The translations under genes and the position numbers were made by a program. From Burkholderiales bacterium (lineage in GTDB: Bacteria; Pseudomonadota; Gammaproteobacteria; Burkholderiales; Sulfuriferulaceae): a DNA stretch of 64,000 nucleotides. Every line of letters starts with the position of its first letter. Position 1 is the stretch's first letter. Below, piece by piece: positions 1-12,372 of the stretch. The notes under the pieces are model-generated. The model was not told where the DNA came from. It saw only the letters and a program-made list of their open reading frames with translations, and ran no database searches. The stretch spans positions 839 through 64,838 of the forward strand of contig JBBQPT010000009.1 of NCBI GenBank assembly GCA_038217005.1, read 5' to 3'.

Positions 1-1
1 T

Positions 2-319
<318 letters not shown>

Positions 320-338
320 GATTTAAGAGCGAGTTGTT

Positions 339-938
339 ATGAATCCATCCTTAGAAAGTTTATCGGTCACCGTGTTGACTGCGTTGGGAACCAAAATGGT
401 TCGCCAGGTGGTCGCGTTGGATGAGTTAACGATAGAAGTGCGTGCGCAGGATTTGCGAGATGTCATGATGGTCTTGCGTGATAATCCCGGTTTGCGTTTT
501 GAGCAATTGATTGATCTGTGTGGTATGGATTATTCCGATTATCAGGAAGGTCAGTGGCCAGGTAAGCGTTTTGCCGTGGTTTACCATTTGCTGTCTATCA
601 CTAAGAATCGTCGTATACGCGTACGTGCTTTCGCGACAGACGATGATTTCCCGATTTTAGATAGCGTGATACCGGTATGGCCAGCGGCAAACTGGTTTGA
701 ACGTGAAGCTTTTGATTTGTTCGGTATCGTGTTCGTAGGGCATCCTGATTTACGTCGTTTGCTGACCGATTATGGCTTTGTGGGCCATCCCTTCCGTAAA
801 GATTTTCCTGTTTCGGGTAACGTGGAAATGCGTTATGACCCTGAGCAGCAACGTGTTATTTATCAACCCGTTAGTATCGATGCGCGTGAAATTACACCGC
901 GTATCGTACGTGTGGCGAATTATGGAGATAGTGCGTAA
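339..938 (+). CDS. nuoC: NADH-quinone oxidoreductase subunit C
   Basis: Motifs [27 protein letters not shown] and GHPFRKDFP; operon position. Confidence 0.97.
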   Translation: MNPSLESLSVTVLTALGTKMVRQVVALDELTIEVRAQDLRDVMMVLRDNPGLRFEQLIDLCGMDYSDYQEGQWPGKRFAVVYHLLSITKNRRIRVRAFATDDDFPILDSVIPVWPAANWFEREAFDLFGIVFVGHPDLRRLLTDYGFVGHPFRKDFPVSGNVEMRYDPEQQRVIYQPVSIDAREITPRIVRVANYGDSA

Positions 939-2191
939 TGGCGGATATACGTAATTACACCATGAACTTTGGTCCACAACACCCTGCTGCACACGGCGTA
1001 TTGCGCTTGGTGTTGGAGTTGGATGGTGAGGTCATTGAGCGGGCAGATCCGCATATTGGTTTGCTGCATCGTGCAACCGAAAAGCTGGCTGAGAGCAAAA
1101 CCTTTATGCAAGCCCTGCCTTATATGGACAGGCTAGATTACGTCTCCATGATGAGCAACGAACATGCTTACGTCATGGCGATTGAGAAGTTGATGGGTAT
1201 TGCCGTGCCTGAGCGCGCGCAATATATACGCGTGATGTTCGATGAGGTAACGCGGATTCTGAATCACCTGTTGTGGTTGGGTGCGCATGCGATTGATATT
1301 GGCGCGATGACAGTGTTCTTGTACGCATTCCGCGAACGCGAAGATTTGATGGATTGCTACGAGGCAGTATCGGGTGCGCGTATGCATGCGGCATATTATC
1401 GTCCTGGTGGCGTATATCGCGATTTACCAGACACCATGCCGCAATACAAAGCATCTAAGATTCATAATGAAACTGCGATTAAACGCATGAATGAGAATCG
1501 CCAAGGTTCTTTGCTGGATTTCCTGGAGGATTTTACTCGTCGTTTTGATGGTTATGTGGATGAGTATGAAACGCTACTGACGGATAACCGTATCTGGAAG
1601 CAGCGTACTGTGGGTATTGGTGTAGTAAGTCCTGAGCGAGCGATGGCATTAGGATTTTCTGGCCCGATGCTGCGTGGTTCGGGTATCGCGTGGGATTTGC
1701 GTAAAAAGCAACCTTATGAAGTTTATGACAGACTCGATTTTGATATTCCTGTCGGAGTGAATGGCGATTGTTATGATCGTTATTTGGTGCGTATGGAAGA
1801 AATGCGTCAATCAAACAGTATCATCAAGCAATGTATCAATTGGTTGAAGCAGAATCAGGGTCCTGTGATTACGGATAACCACAAAGTGGCTTCGCCGTCG
1901 CGTACCGATATGAAGCAAAACATGGAAGAATTAATCCATCACTTCAAGCTGTTTACTGAAGGTATGCATGTGCCAGAAGGCGAGGCTTATGCGGCGGTAG
2001 AGCATCCTAAGGGCGAGTTTGGCATTTATATGGTATCCGATGGTGCCAATAAGCCTTATCGCTTAAAAATTCGTGCCCCAGGTTATCCACATCTGGCAGC
2101 ATTAGATGAAATGGTGCGTGGTCATATGATTGCTGACGTAGTCGCTATCATTGGTACGCAAGATATAGTGTTTGGGGAGATAGACCGATAA
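938..2191 (+). CDS. nuoD: NADH-quinone oxidoreductase subunit D
   Basis: [16 protein letters not shown]-terminus, [10 protein letters not shown]-terminus; TAATG overlap with nuoC. Confidence 0.98.
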   Translation: MADIRNYTMNFGPQHPAAHGVLRLVLELDGEVIERADPHIGLLHRATEKLAESKTFMQALPYMDRLDYVSMMSNEHAYVMAIEKLMGIAVPERAQYIRVMFDEVTRILNHLLWLGAHAIDIGAMTVFLYAFREREDLMDCYEAVSGARMHAAYYRPGGVYRDLPDTMPQYKASKIHNETAIKRMNENRQGSLLDFLEDFTRRFDGYVDEYETLLTDNRIWKQRTVGIGVVSPERAMALGFSGPMLRGSGIAWDLRKKQPYEVYDRLDFDIPVGVNGDCYDRYLVRMEEMRQSNSIIKQCINWLKQNQGPVITDNHKVASPSRTDMKQNMEELIHHFKLFTEGMHVPEGEAYAAVEHPKGEFGIYMVSDGANKPYRLKIRAPGYPHLAALDEMVRGHMIADVVAIIGTQDIVFGEIDR

Positions 2192-2664
2192 TGTTGAGCC
2201 CAGCATCCCTAGCCCAAATCGATCGTGAGATTGCTAAATATCCAGCTGATCAACGCCAGTCGGCAGTGATGTCTGCCTTGCGCATTGCGCAAGTTGAAAA
2301 AGGTTGGTTAGCAACAGAAACGATGGATTATATTGCAAACTATTTAGGTATGCCTGCTATCGCGGTGGCCGAGGTTGCGACTTTCTATAATATGTACGAC
2401 ACCGTGCCCGTTGGTAAATATAAAGTTACGTTGTGCACCAATATTTCTTGCATGTTAATGGGTGCGCCTGAGTTGGCGCAGCACGTTAAGCAGCGTCTGG
2501 ATTGCGATTTTGGTGGGACGACGGCAGACGGTAAATTTACCCTGAAAGAGGGTGAGTGCATGGGTGCATGCGGAGATGCGCCTGTGTGTCTGATTAATAA
2601 TCATCGTATGGAAGGTTTTCTCACGCCTGAGAAAATCGACGCTATTCTTAAAGAGTTGAACTGA
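2191..2664 (+). CDS. nuoE: NADH-quinone oxidoreductase subunit E (2Fe-2S)
   Basis: CTNISC and [10 protein letters not shown] Cys motifs; operon order. Confidence 0.97.
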   Translation: MLSPASLAQIDREIAKYPADQRQSAVMSALRIAQVEKGWLATETMDYIANYLGMPAIAVAEVATFYNMYDTVPVGKYKVTLCTNISCMLMGAPELAQHVKQRLDCDFGGTTADGKFTLKEGECMGACGDAPVCLINNHRMEGFLTPEKIDAILKELN

Positions 2665-2665
2665 T

Positions 2666-3940
2666 ATGGTTATTAAAGGCGGAGAAGTTATATTTAACAC
2701 AACCCATCTTCCCGAGTCATGGAAGTTGGAAACCTATGTTGCCAATGGCGGGTATAGTGCTTTACGCAAAGTACTGACTGAGCCTATGTCGGCAGAAACT
2801 ATCATTGCTGAAGTAAAAAAATCAGCGTTGCGTGGTCGGGGCGGCGCGGGTTTCCCCACAGGATTGAAGTGGAGTTTTATGCCACGTCATTACCAGGGTG
2901 ATAAGTACTTGGTATGTAATTCCGATGAAGGTGAGCCAGGCACGTTCAAAGATCGCGACATTATGTTGCTCAATCCGCATGCCTTGATAGAAGGAATGGC
3001 TATTGCCGCTTATACCATGGGTGTGAAGCGTGCTTATAACTACATCCACGGCGAAATTTGGGAAACCTACGAGCGTATGGAAGCCGCTATAGAAGAAGCG
3101 CGTGCGGCAGGTTTCCTTGGCGATAATATTATGGGCACAGATTTTAGTTTTGATCTGTTCAACCATCACGGGTATGGCGCTTATATTTGCGGCGAAGAAA
3201 CCGCATTACTCGAATCTATTGAAGGCAAAAAAGGTCAGCCACGCTTTAAGCCGCCTTTCCCTGCCAGTTTTGGTTTGTACGGCAAGCCTACGACGATTAA
3301 TAACACTGAGACATTCGCGAGTATTCCTTACATTATTCGTGAGGGCGGACAGAAATTCCTGGAATTGGGCAAGCCGAACAACGGCGGCACCAAAATATTC
3401 TCGGTTTCAGGTCATGTAAATAAGCCGGGTAATTATGAAGTGCCGATGGGCTTGCCTTTTGCTGAGCTGTTGGAAATGGCGGGTGGCATACGTACGGGGC
3501 ATACTTTCAAGGCATGTATTCCCGGTGGCTCATCTACGCCTGTGTTACCAGCTGAAATCATGATGCAGTGCACTATGGATTACGATTCTATTGCCAAAGC
3601 AGGATCTGCTTTGGGTGCGGGTTCCGTGATTATTATGGATGAAACCGTGTGCATGGTTGAGGCGTTAGAACGTTTGTCGTATTTTTACTTTGAAGAGTCC
3701 TGCGGACAATGCACTCCATGCCGGGAAGGCACTGGCTGGTTGTACCGCGTTATTCACCGTATCGAACATGGCCAGGGTCGTCCAGAAGATTTGGATCTGC
3801 TGGCCGATGTGGCGCATAACATCGGTGGTAGGACTATCTGCGCGCTTGGCGATGCGGCTGCAATGCCGGTACAAGCGATGCTCAAACATTATCGTCATGA
3901 ATTCGAGTATCACATCGAACATGGCAAGTGCATGGTTTAG
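2666..3940 (+). CDS. nuoF: NADH-quinone oxidoreductase subunit F (FMN, 4Fe-4S)
   Basis: Motifs [41 protein letters not shown]. Confidence 0.98.
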   Translation: MVIKGGEVIFNTTHLPESWKLETYVANGGYSALRKVLTEPMSAETIIAEVKKSALRGRGGAGFPTGLKWSFMPRHYQGDKYLVCNSDEGEPGTFKDRDIMLLNPHALIEGMAIAAYTMGVKRAYNYIHGEIWETYERMEAAIEEARAAGFLGDNIMGTDFSFDLFNHHGYGAYICGEETALLESIEGKKGQPRFKPPFPASFGLYGKPTTINNTETFASIPYIIREGGQKFLELGKPNNGGTKIFSVSGHVNKPGNYEVPMGLPFAELLEMAGGIRTGHTFKACIPGGSSTPVLPAEIMMQCTMDYDSIAKAGSALGAGSVIIMDETVCMVEALERLSYFYFEESCGQCTPCREGTGWLYRVIHRIEHGQGRPEDLDLLADVAHNIGGRTICALGDAAAMPVQAMLKHYRHEFEYHIEHGKCMV

Positions 3941-3948
3941 GTGAACAT

Positions 3949-6297
3949 ATGCTAGAAATTGAAATTGACGGTACTAAAGTAACCGTACCCGCTGGCGGCA
4001 CGATTATGGACGCAGCGGCAACAATTGGTGTGTATATCCCCCATTTCTGTTATCACAAGAAATTGTCGATAGCCGCCAACTGTCGTATGTGCCTGGTGCA
4101 AGTGGAAAAAGCGGCCAAGCCCTTGCCCGCTTGTGCGACACCATTAACCGAAGGGATGAAGGTATTCACCAAATCCGATTATGCTGTTAAGGCGCAAAAG
4201 GGTGTGATGGAGTTTTTATTAATCAACCACCCTTTAGATTGTCCAATTTGCGATCAGGGCGGTGAGTGCAGCCTGCAAGATTTGGCTGTGGGTTATGGTG
4301 GTAGTTCATCACGTTATCAAGAAGAAAAACGTGTGGTCAAAGAAAAAGACTTGGGCCCGTTAGTTTCGACCGATATGACACGTTGCATCCATTGCACACG
4401 TTGTGTGCGTTTTGGTACGGAAATCGCGGGCATTATGGAAATGGGTCAAGTTGGGCGCGGTGAACATTCAGAGATTATGCCGTTCATTAACAAAACCATA
4501 GATTCCGAATTGTCTGGCAATATTATCGACTTATGCCCAGTGGGTGCTTTAACCAGCAAACCGTTCCGCTACACAGCACGCAGCTGGGAATTGTCACGGC
4601 GTAAATCGGTTAGCCCGCACGATGGTTTAGGTAGTAACTTGGCAGTACAAGTTAAGAACAATCGCGTGATGCGCGTGTTGCCGTTAGAAAATGAAGAAAT
4701 CAATGAATGCTGGTTATCTGATAAAGATCGTTTTGCATATGAAGGTTTAAATTCCGCGCAGCGTTTGACCCAGCCTATGGTTAAACAGGATGGCAAGTGG
4801 ATAGAAGTCGACTGGCAAGCTGCGCTGCAGTACGTTGCAAACGGTTTAAAACAAATTCGTGAACTGCATGGTGCCGATAGTATTGGTGCATTGGCAACTC
4901 CGCATCAAACGCTGGAAGAGCTGTATTTATTGCAGAAATTAGTGCGTGGTTTAGGTTCGGGTAACGTGGATGCGCGTTTACGTCAGGCTGATTTTAGCGC
5001 CGATGCTCGTGTGACTGGCGCGTCCTGGTTGGGCATGCCGGTGGCTGAGCTGGACGTGCTGGATCGAGTATTGCTAATCGGTAGCAATTTGCGCCAGGAT
5101 CATCCGCTGATGGCCCATCGCTTGCGCAATGCTGTTCGGCATGGTGCGCAGTTTAGTCTGGTGAATCCAGTAGATGATGATTTATTGATGAAGGTTGCGC
5201 ACAAAGTTATTGTTGCGCCACAGGCGATGGTGCGTGCACTGGCACAAATTCTGGTGGCATTGGCTACGCAAACGGGTAAAACGATACCTGCCGCGCTGGC
5301 GTCTCAGTTGGCTGGCGTAGTAGCTGATGCTAATAGCGTTGCGATTGCAACCAGTTTGACTACTGGAGATCGTAAAGCTGTATTTCTGGGCAACTTGGCG
5401 CAGCATCATCAAAACTATGCTGATTTACACGTCTTGGCACAGTGCATCGCAGAAATGGCTGATGCTACTTTAGGCTTCTTGGGTGAAGCGGCAAATAGTG
5501 TGGGTGCTTACATTGCTGGTGCTGCACCAGTGGGTACCAAAACTGGTTTAAATGCTGACGCGATGTTAGCAAGTCCTCGCAAAGCCTATTTGCTGCTAGG
5601 CGTAGAGCCTGAATTGGATTGTAACAATCCAGCACAGGCAATAAAGGCGATGCAAAGTGCCGATATGGTTGTTGCAATGAGTGCATATAAACATAATGCA
5701 TTGGATTATGCTGATGTGCTGTTGCCAATTGCGCCATTTACCGAGACAGCGGGCAGCTTTGTCAATGTAGAAGGCAAGCTTCAGTCTTTCAATGGCGCGG
5801 TGAAACCTTTGGGTGAAACTCGTCCAGCCTGGAAAGTATTGCGCGTGCTTGGAACGATGTTGGGTCTGAACGGATTTGATTTGGATAGTGTAGAAGCCGT
5901 GCGCGCAGCCTTGTTGCCACAAGGTGGCCTGCCACAAACCGCATTAAATAACAGTCTATCTTCACTTAATGTCGGAGATGTCAGTGTGGCAGAAGGCATC
6001 TATCGTGTTGGTACAGTTCCTATGTATCAAGCCGATGCGATAGTACGCCGTGCGGTATCGTTGCAGAAAACGCAAGATAGCGAGTTTGTCGGTGTCGGCA
6101 TGAATACAGCTTTGATGCAGAAGCTAAATGTAGTGCCGGGCGGAATGGTGGTGGTCGAGCAAGCCGGTGTGCGTTTGACCATGCGTAGTGAGCTCGATAA
6201 TGCGGTAGCCGATGATTGCGTGCGTTTGGTCGCAAGTCATCTATTGACGGCTGGTTTGGGTGCAATGTTGGGTGGAATCAAGTTGGAGCGCGCATAA
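3949..6297 (+). CDS. nuoG: NADH-quinone oxidoreductase subunit G
   Basis: Motifs [38 protein letters not shown]. Start placed at ATG 3949 (MLEIEIDG) rather than the longer ORF-track start. Confidence 0.97.
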   Translation: MLEIEIDGTKVTVPAGGTIMDAAATIGVYIPHFCYHKKLSIAANCRMCLVQVEKAAKPLPACATPLTEGMKVFTKSDYAVKAQKGVMEFLLINHPLDCPICDQGGECSLQDLAVGYGGSSSRYQEEKRVVKEKDLGPLVSTDMTRCIHCTRCVRFGTEIAGIMEMGQVGRGEHSEIMPFINKTIDSELSGNIIDLCPVGALTSKPFRYTARSWELSRRKSVSPHDGLGSNLAVQVKNNRVMRVLPLENEEINECWLSDKDRFAYEGLNSAQRLTQPMVKQDGKWIEVDWQAALQYVANGLKQIRELHGADSIGALATPHQTLEELYLLQKLVRGLGSGNVDARLRQADFSADARVTGASWLGMPVAELDVLDRVLLIGSNLRQDHPLMAHRLRNAVRHGAQFSLVNPVDDDLLMKVAHKVIVAPQAMVRALAQILVALATQTGKTIPAALASQLAGVVADANSVAIATSLTTGDRKAVFLGNLAQHHQNYADLHVLAQCIAEMADATLGFLGEAANSVGAYIAGAAPVGTKTGLNADAMLASPRKAYLLLGVEPELDCNNPAQAIKAMQSADMVVAMSAYKHNALDYADVLLPIAPFTETAGSFVNVEGKLQSFNGAVKPLGETRPAWKVLRVLGTMLGLNGFDLDSVEAVRAALLPQGGLPQTALNNSLSSLNVGDVSVAEGIYRVGTVPMYQADAIVRRAVSLQKTQDSEFVGVGMNTALMQKLNVVPGGMVVVEQAGVRLTMRSELDNAVADDCVRLVASHLLTAGLGAMLGGIKLERA

Positions 6298-6298
6298 C

Positions 6299-7327
6299 AT
6301 GGCCTTTTTAGAAAATTTATTTGGTGCAGCCTGGCCATTGGTATGGGATCTGGCCAAAATCATTGCCATTGTTGGTCCTATGATGTTGGCTGTGGCATAT
6401 TTGACCTATGCCGAGCGTAAAGTCATTGGCTACATGCAAGTGCGTATAGGTCCAAATCGCGTTGGTTATAAAGGTTTGTTGCAACCGATAGCCGATGGTA
6501 TCAAGCTGTTGATGAAAGAAATTATTATCCCTAGCGGGGCTAATAAATTCTTATTCGTGCTTGCTCCCGTCATTACCATTGCGCCTGCACTAGCGGCATG
6601 GGCGGTTATTCCATTTAGCCCAGAATTGGTGCTGGCTAACGTTGATGCTGGATTGCTGTACATCCTGGCAATGACTTCGATTGGTGTGTATGGCGTGATT
6701 ATTGCGGGCTGGGCGTCTAACTCCAAATATGCATTTTTAGGTAGTTTGCGTTCGGCGGCTCAAATCGTGTCTTATGAAATTGCGATGGGCTTTGCTTTAG
6801 TGGGGGTGTTGATGGCAGCGCAGAGCCTGAATTTGGTTGAAATCGTTAAGGGTCAAACCGGTGGGGTGTTTAGCTGGTACTGGTTGCCATTATTCCCCAT
6901 GTTTATCGTCTATTTGATCGCAGGTGTGGCTGAAACCAACCGTGCACCATTTGACGTAGCGGAAGGCGAATCTGAAATTGTTGCCGGTTTCCACGTAGAG
7001 TATTCAGGTATGGCGTTTGCTGTATTTTTCCTGGCTGAATACGCCAACATGATCTTGATCGCCGCACTCACCTCGCTCATGTTCCTTGGCGGGTGGCAGC
7101 CTTTATTTGATATTGCACCGTTTAACTGGATACCGGGTTTCGTGTGGTTGATGTTCAAAATAGGCTTTGTTCTATTCTTGTTCTTGTGGTTCCGTGCTAC
7201 CTTCCCGCGCTATCGCTATGACCAAATTATGCGTTTGGGTTGGAAAGTATTTATCCCTATTACCCTGGTCTGGTTGCTGTTTGTCGGCGCGATGATGCAA
7301 ACCCCTTACGGATACTTATTCCACTAA
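6299..7327 (+). CDS. nuoH: NADH-quinone oxidoreductase subunit H
   Basis: Motifs [18 protein letters not shown] and [16 protein letters not shown]; start at ATG 6299. Confidence 0.97.
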   Translation: MAFLENLFGAAWPLVWDLAKIIAIVGPMMLAVAYLTYAERKVIGYMQVRIGPNRVGYKGLLQPIADGIKLLMKEIIIPSGANKFLFVLAPVITIAPALAAWAVIPFSPELVLANVDAGLLYILAMTSIGVYGVIIAGWASNSKYAFLGSLRSAAQIVSYEIAMGFALVGVLMAAQSLNLVEIVKGQTGGVFSWYWLPLFPMFIVYLIAGVAETNRAPFDVAEGESEIVAGFHVEYSGMAFAVFFLAEYANMILIAALTSLMFLGGWQPLFDIAPFNWIPGFVWLMFKIGFVLFLFLWFRATFPRYRYDQIMRLGWKVFIPITLVWLLFVGAMMQTPYGYLFH

Positions 7328-7350
7328 GCGTGGAATAATGGAGTGATTTG

Positions 7351-7839
7351 ATGAAAGCGATAAAACATTTTTTTACCAGCTTGCTGCTGTTGGAATTGCT
7401 GCAAGGTATGCGCCTGACCGGGCGGCATTTCTTTGCACGCAAAATCACCGTGCAATTCCCTGAAGAAAAAACACCGCAGTCTGTGCGTTTCCGAGGTTTG
7501 CATGCGTTGCGCCGTTACCCTAACGGTGAGGAGCGTTGCATCGCCTGTAAATTATGTGAAGCAGTCTGCCCCGCTATGGCGATTACCATAGAGTCAGAAC
7601 AGCGTGATGATGGTACGCGTCGTACGACAAAATACGATATTGACCTGACCAAATGTATTTTCTGCGGTTTTTGTGAGGAATCCTGCCCTGTGGATTCCAT
7701 AGTAGAAACCCATATTCTGGAGTATCACGGTGAAAAACGCGGTGATTTGTATTACAACAAAGAGATGTTGTTAGCCGTGGGCGACCAGCATGAAACCGAA
7801 ATCGCTGCAGCACGTGCTGCGGATGCTAAGTATCGATAA
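7351..7839 (+). CDS. nuoI: NADH-quinone oxidoreductase subunit I
   Basis: Two 4Fe-4S motifs, [12 protein letters not shown] and [12 protein letters not shown]. Confidence 0.97.
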   Translation: MKAIKHFFTSLLLLELLQGMRLTGRHFFARKITVQFPEEKTPQSVRFRGLHALRRYPNGEERCIACKLCEAVCPAMAITIESEQRDDGTRRTTKYDIDLTKCIFCGFCEESCPVDSIVETHILEYHGEKRGDLYYNKEMLLAVGDQHETEIAAARAADAKYR

Positions 7840-7850
7840 GGTATATAGAA

Positions 7851-8468
7851 ATGAATTTTGAAACTATCGTATTTTATGGCTTTGCGGCAATTTTATTGTT
7901 CGCAGGATTTCGTGTCATTACTACACGTAACCCGGTGCATGCAGCACTGTTTCTGGTGTTGGCTTTTTTCACTGCGGCAGGTTTATGGCTGATGCTGGAA
8001 GCAGAGTTCCTAGCAATTACCTTGGTGCTGGTCTATGTCGGTGCAGTTATGGTGTTGTTCCTGTTTGTGGTGATGATGCTGGATATTAATCTGGATAGAT
8101 TGCGAGAAGGTTTCTGGGATTATCTGCCATTGGCTGGTTTTGTAGCGACAATGCTGGCTATTGAGATGGCGGTGGTATTGGGTAGTCGTAGCTTTGGCCT
8201 GGATATCGTGCCTGCCCCTGCGTTACATGCAGCCGATTACAGCAACACCAAAGAATTGGGCCGTTTGCTTTATACCGACTATGTATATCCGTTTGAATTG
8301 GCTGCGGTGGTGTTGTTGGTGGCAATTGTTGCTGCGATTGCGTTGACTATGCGTAAGCGTAAAACCAGCAAGTATCAGGACCCTGCTCAGCAGGTCAGAA
8401 TCAAGCGTGCAGATCGCGTGCGTCTCGTAAGCATGGCTGCTGAACAGCCATCTTCTACTAAGTCTTAA
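7851..8468 (+). CDS. nuoJ: NADH-quinone oxidoreductase subunit J
   Basis: NPVHAALFL and [18 protein letters not shown]; hydrophobic; operon order. Confidence 0.96.
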   Translation: MNFETIVFYGFAAILLFAGFRVITTRNPVHAALFLVLAFFTAAGLWLMLEAEFLAITLVLVYVGAVMVLFLFVVMMLDINLDRLREGFWDYLPLAGFVATMLAIEMAVVLGSRSFGLDIVPAPALHAADYSNTKELGRLLYTDYVYPFELAAVVLLVAIVAAIALTMRKRKTSKYQDPAQQVRIKRADRVRLVSMAAEQPSSTKS

Positions 8469-8479
8469 GGGGAGCAGCT

Positions 8480-8785
8480 ATGGTGTCGTTATCGCATTAC
8501 TTGGTGTTGGGTGGCATATTGTTCGCCATTAGCGTACTGGGCATATTTCTTAATCGCAAAAACGTCATTATTTTATTGATGTCGATCGAGTTGATGCTAT
8601 TGGCCGTTAATATGAATTTCATCGCGTTTTCCCATTATATGGGAGATACAGCAGGGCAAATATTTGTGTTCTTTATTTTGACCGTGGCAGCAGCAGAGTC
8701 GGCAATAGGTTTGGCGATACTGGTGGTGCTGTTCCGTAACTTGCGTACCATACACGTGGACGATTTGGATCAACTTAAAGGCTAA
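8480..8785 (+). CDS. nuoK: NADH-quinone oxidoreductase subunit K
   Basis: [12 protein letters not shown] and [12 protein letters not shown] motifs; 101 aa. Confidence 0.97.
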   Translation: MVSLSHYLVLGGILFAISVLGIFLNRKNVIILLMSIELMLLAVNMNFIAFSHYMGDTAGQIFVFFILTVAAAESAIGLAILVVLFRNLRTIHVDDLDQLKG

Positions 8786-8816
8786 CGATGCGCTACGCAT
8801 CTGACAGGAATCAACC

Positions 8817-10829
8817 ATGACGGAAATTCAAAAACTTTATCTTTTAGTCCCGCTTGCACCATTATTTGGTGCTGTGATTGCGGGATTGTTTGGCTGGGCT
8901 ATCGGTCGTACCCTGTCGCACATCGTGACTATCGCAGGTGTGGCAGTGTCGTGCTGGGCCTCCTGGCTGGTATTTCAAGACGTACAGGCAGGACATGTTT
9001 TCAATGGCACAGTTTATACCTGGATCACCACAGGAGATATACGCTTAGAAATAGGTTTTCTAATTGATAGCCTGACTGCAATGATGATGTTGGTGGTGAC
9101 TTTCGTCTCGCTGATGGTGCATATCTATACTATTGGTTACATGCAGGAAGATCCAGGCTACCAGCGTTTCTTTAGCTATATTTCACTGTTTACTTTCTCC
9201 ATGTTGATGTTGGTGATGTCGAATAACTTCCTGCAGCTGTTCTTTGGTTGGGAAGCGGTAGGTCTGGTGTCTTATTTGCTGATTGGTTTCTGGTTTACAC
9301 GCCCAACGGCAACTTATGCCAACCTCAAGGCATTCCTGGTCAATCGTGTCGGTGACTTTGGCTTCTTGCTGGGTATCGGCATGGTGCTGGCTTATTTTGG
9401 TACACTGGATTATGCATCGGTATTCGCACAGTTACCTGCAATGGCCGCAACGCAGGTCAGCATTATTCCGGGTATGGACTGGTCGTTGATTACCGTTATC
9501 TGCATCCTGTTATTTATCGGTGCAATGGGTAAATCTGCACAGTTTCCATTGCATGTCTGGTTGCCAGATTCCATGGAAGGCCCAACGCCCATATCTGCAT
9601 TGATACATGCGGCAACAATGGTGACAGCCGGTATCTTTATGGTGGCGCGGATGTCGCCTATGTTTGAGATGTCAGATGCGGCATTATCCTTTGTGATTGT
9701 TATTGGTGCTATAACGGCCTTATTCATGGGGTTTCTGGGTATTATCCAGAACGACATTAAACGGGTAGTTGCTTACTCTACCTTGTCACAGTTGGGTTAT
9801 ATGACTGTTGCGTTAGGCGCGTCAGCTTACTCAGTTGCTGTGTTCCATTTAATGACACACGCATTTTTCAAAGCGTTACTGTTCCTGGCGGCGGGTTCAG
9901 TCATTATGGGTATGCACCACGATCAAGACATACGTAATATGGGTGGCTTACGCAAGTACATGCCAATTACCTGGATTACTTCGTTGATTGGATCACTCGC
10001 ATTAATCGGTACGCCATTTTTCTCTGGCTTCTATTCTAAGGACAGTATCATTGAGGCAACTCATGCTGCGATGGAACACGGTCTGCCAGGCGCTGGTTTT
10101 GCCTATTTCGCAGTAGTGGCAGGTGTTTTTGTCACGGCTTTCTACTCTTTCCGCATGTACTTCCTGGTATTCCACGGTAAAGAACGTTTTGATACGCATG
10201 GTCATGACGCTGACCATCATGGTCACGATGATCATGGTCATCACGGTGGTGTGCCGCATGAGTCTCCGTTGGTTGTCACTATCCCACTGATATTGCTGGC
10301 AATCCCGTCTTTATTAATAGGCTATTTCACCATTGACTCCATGTTGTTTGGCGACTATTTCCACGGTGCAATTTTCATTAATAACGAATTGCACCCAGCA
10401 ATGGAAGAATTAAGAACTGAATTCCATGGTGCGGGTGCAATGGCGTTGCATAGCTTAACCAGTCTGCCATTATGGTTGGCAATATCTGGTGTGGCGCTGT
10501 CATGGTTTTTCTATATGAAGCGGCCAGATATTCCGGCAGCGATCAAACAGCGTTTTATTATTATCTACAACATATTGGATAATAAATATGGTTTTGATAC
10601 GTTCAACGCTTGGTTCTTTGCTGGTGGTGCACGTGCATTAGGTGGCTTTTTCTGGCGCGTTGTGGACGTGAAAATAATTGATGGCTTTTTCGTTAACGGA
10701 ACCGCTCATTTAGTCGGCTGGTTTTCAACCATTACCCGCAAATGGCAATCAGGTTATATTTATCATTACGCATTTGCCATGATTATTGGGGTATTTGCTC
10801 TAGTAACCTGGTTTGTGCGCGTGGCTTGA
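8817..10829 (+). CDS. nuoL: NADH-quinone oxidoreductase subunit L
   Basis: GKSAQFPLHVWLPDSMEGPTPISALIHAATMV motif; 670 aa membrane protein. Confidence 0.98.
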   Translation: MTEIQKLYLLVPLAPLFGAVIAGLFGWAIGRTLSHIVTIAGVAVSCWASWLVFQDVQAGHVFNGTVYTWITTGDIRLEIGFLIDSLTAMMMLVVTFVSLMVHIYTIGYMQEDPGYQRFFSYISLFTFSMLMLVMSNNFLQLFFGWEAVGLVSYLLIGFWFTRPTATYANLKAFLVNRVGDFGFLLGIGMVLAYFGTLDYASVFAQLPAMAATQVSIIPGMDWSLITVICILLFIGAMGKSAQFPLHVWLPDSMEGPTPISALIHAATMVTAGIFMVARMSPMFEMSDAALSFVIVIGAITALFMGFLGIIQNDIKRVVAYSTLSQLGYMTVALGASAYSVAVFHLMTHAFFKALLFLAAGSVIMGMHHDQDIRNMGGLRKYMPITWITSLIGSLALIGTPFFSGFYSKDSIIEATHAAMEHGLPGAGFAYFAVVAGVFVTAFYSFRMYFLVFHGKERFDTHGHDADHHGHDDHGHHGGVPHESPLVVTIPLILLAIPSLLIGYFTIDSMLFGDYFHGAIFINNELHPAMEELRTEFHGAGAMALHSLTSLPLWLAISGVALSWFFYMKRPDIPAAIKQRFIIIYNILDNKYGFDTFNAWFFAGGARALGGFFWRVVDVKIIDGFFVNGTAHLVGWFSTITRKWQSGYIYHYAFAMIIGVFALVTWFVRVA

Positions 10830-10865
10830 CCATATTTAAAGCAATACAATTAGAATAGGGATTTT

Positions 10866-12353
10866 ATGTTAGCTGGATACCCACTTTTAAGTTTGGCCGT
10901 TTGGGTGCCGATTATTGCTGGTGCATTAGTATTAGCAACAGGGTCGGACCGTAATGCCAACTTGGCGCGCTGGATAGCATTGATAGGCGCTATCGTTTCA
11001 TTTGCGGTCACCATACCGCTCTATACTGGCTTCGATACCATGACGGCCAATATGCAGTTTGAAGAATTGTTGCCTTGGATACCTACCTACAACATCAATT
11101 ATCATTTAGGAATCGATGGCATTTCTATGCCATTTGTATTGCTCACCAGCTTCACTACCATTTTAGTCGTGATAGCAGGTTGGCAGGTTATCCAGACTAA
11201 AGTGTCACAGTACATGGCAGCTTTTTTAATCATGTCCGGCGCAATCATTGGTGTGTTCGTTGCCTTGGATGCGATTTTATTCTACGTGTTCTTTGAGGCG
11301 ATGTTGATACCGTTATTCCTGGTGATTGGTATCTGGGGTGGCCCGCGTCGTGTATACGCAGCAGTTAAGTTTTTCCTGTATACCCTGCTCGGTTCCTTGT
11401 TAATGCTGGTTGCTTTCCTGTATTTGTATTTCCAGTCGGGCGGCAGTTTTGAGATTCTGGATTATCATCGTTTACCCATTGCGATGTCGGCACAGATATT
11501 GTTGTTCATGGCTTTTTTCCTGTCCTTTGCGGTAAAAGTGCCAATGTGGCCTGTACATACCTGGTTGCCAGATGCCCACGTGGAAGCGCCAACAGGTGGT
11601 TCGGTGATACTAGCGGCAATTACGCTTAAGGTCGGTGCTTATGGTTTCTTGCGCTTCAATCTGCCTATAGCACCAGATGCAAGTCATTACATGACAGGCT
11701 TTATTGTGACCATTTCATTGATAGCAGTGGTTTACATCGGCCTGGTTGCGCTGGTGCAAAATGACATGAAAAAGCTGATTGCTTATTCATCCATTTCACA
11801 TATGGGTTTTGTGACTTTAGGGTTCTTCATGTTTAATGCAATCGGGACTGAGGGTGCGTTAATTCAGATGATTTCACATGGTTTTATTTCTGCCGCGATG
11901 TTCTTGAGTGTTGGCGTGATGTATGACCGTCTGCATTCTCGTCAAATCTCCGATTATGGTGGCGTGGCAAATAAGATGCCGATATTCGCTGCATTTTTGA
12001 TGTTGTTCTCGATGGCTAACTCAGGTTTGCCAGGTACCAGCGGCTTTATTGGTGAGTTTATGGTGATCATGAGCGCGATCAAGGTTAATTTCTGGTATGC
12101 CTTCCTGGCGGCAACGACTTTGATCTTTGGTGCAGCTTATACATTATGGATGTACAAGCGCGTTGTGTTCGGCGCTGTTACTAATCCGCGTGTGAATGAA
12201 ATGAAAGATGTAAGTGCTAGAGAGTTTAGCTTCCTGGCAATATTGGCTGTGCTGGTGTTGTCTATGGGGTTGTATCCTAAGCCATACACCGAAGTCATGC
12301 ATACCTCAGTGAATAACCTGCTTGCGCATGTTGCAATCAGTAAATTGCCTTAA
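10866..12353 (+). CDS. nuoM: NADH-quinone oxidoreductase subunit M
   Basis: KVPMWPVHTWLPDAHVEAPT motif. Confidence 0.98.
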   Translation: MLAGYPLLSLAVWVPIIAGALVLATGSDRNANLARWIALIGAIVSFAVTIPLYTGFDTMTANMQFEELLPWIPTYNINYHLGIDGISMPFVLLTSFTTILVVIAGWQVIQTKVSQYMAAFLIMSGAIIGVFVALDAILFYVFFEAMLIPLFLVIGIWGGPRRVYAAVKFFLYTLLGSLLMLVAFLYLYFQSGGSFEILDYHRLPIAMSAQILLFMAFFLSFAVKVPMWPVHTWLPDAHVEAPTGGSVILAAITLKVGAYGFLRFNLPIAPDASHYMTGFIVTISLIAVVYIGLVALVQNDMKKLIAYSSISHMGFVTLGFFMFNAIGTEGALIQMISHGFISAAMFLSVGVMYDRLHSRQISDYGGVANKMPIFAAFLMLFSMANSGLPGTSGFIGEFMVIMSAIKVNFWYAFLAATTLIFGAAYTLWMYKRVVFGAVTNPRVNEMKDVSAREFSFLAILAVLVLSMGLYPKPYTEVMHTSVNNLLAHVAISKLP

Positions 12354-12372
12354 AGCATAAGAAGGAATACGG

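Noticed and set aside
3928-3948. N-terminal extensions in the ORF track (nuoG, nuoH, asd, usg, dedD, polA, DUF1841 and others)
   Set aside because: They overlap upstream genes and lack homology; downstream starts fit coupling patterns and typical protein lengths.
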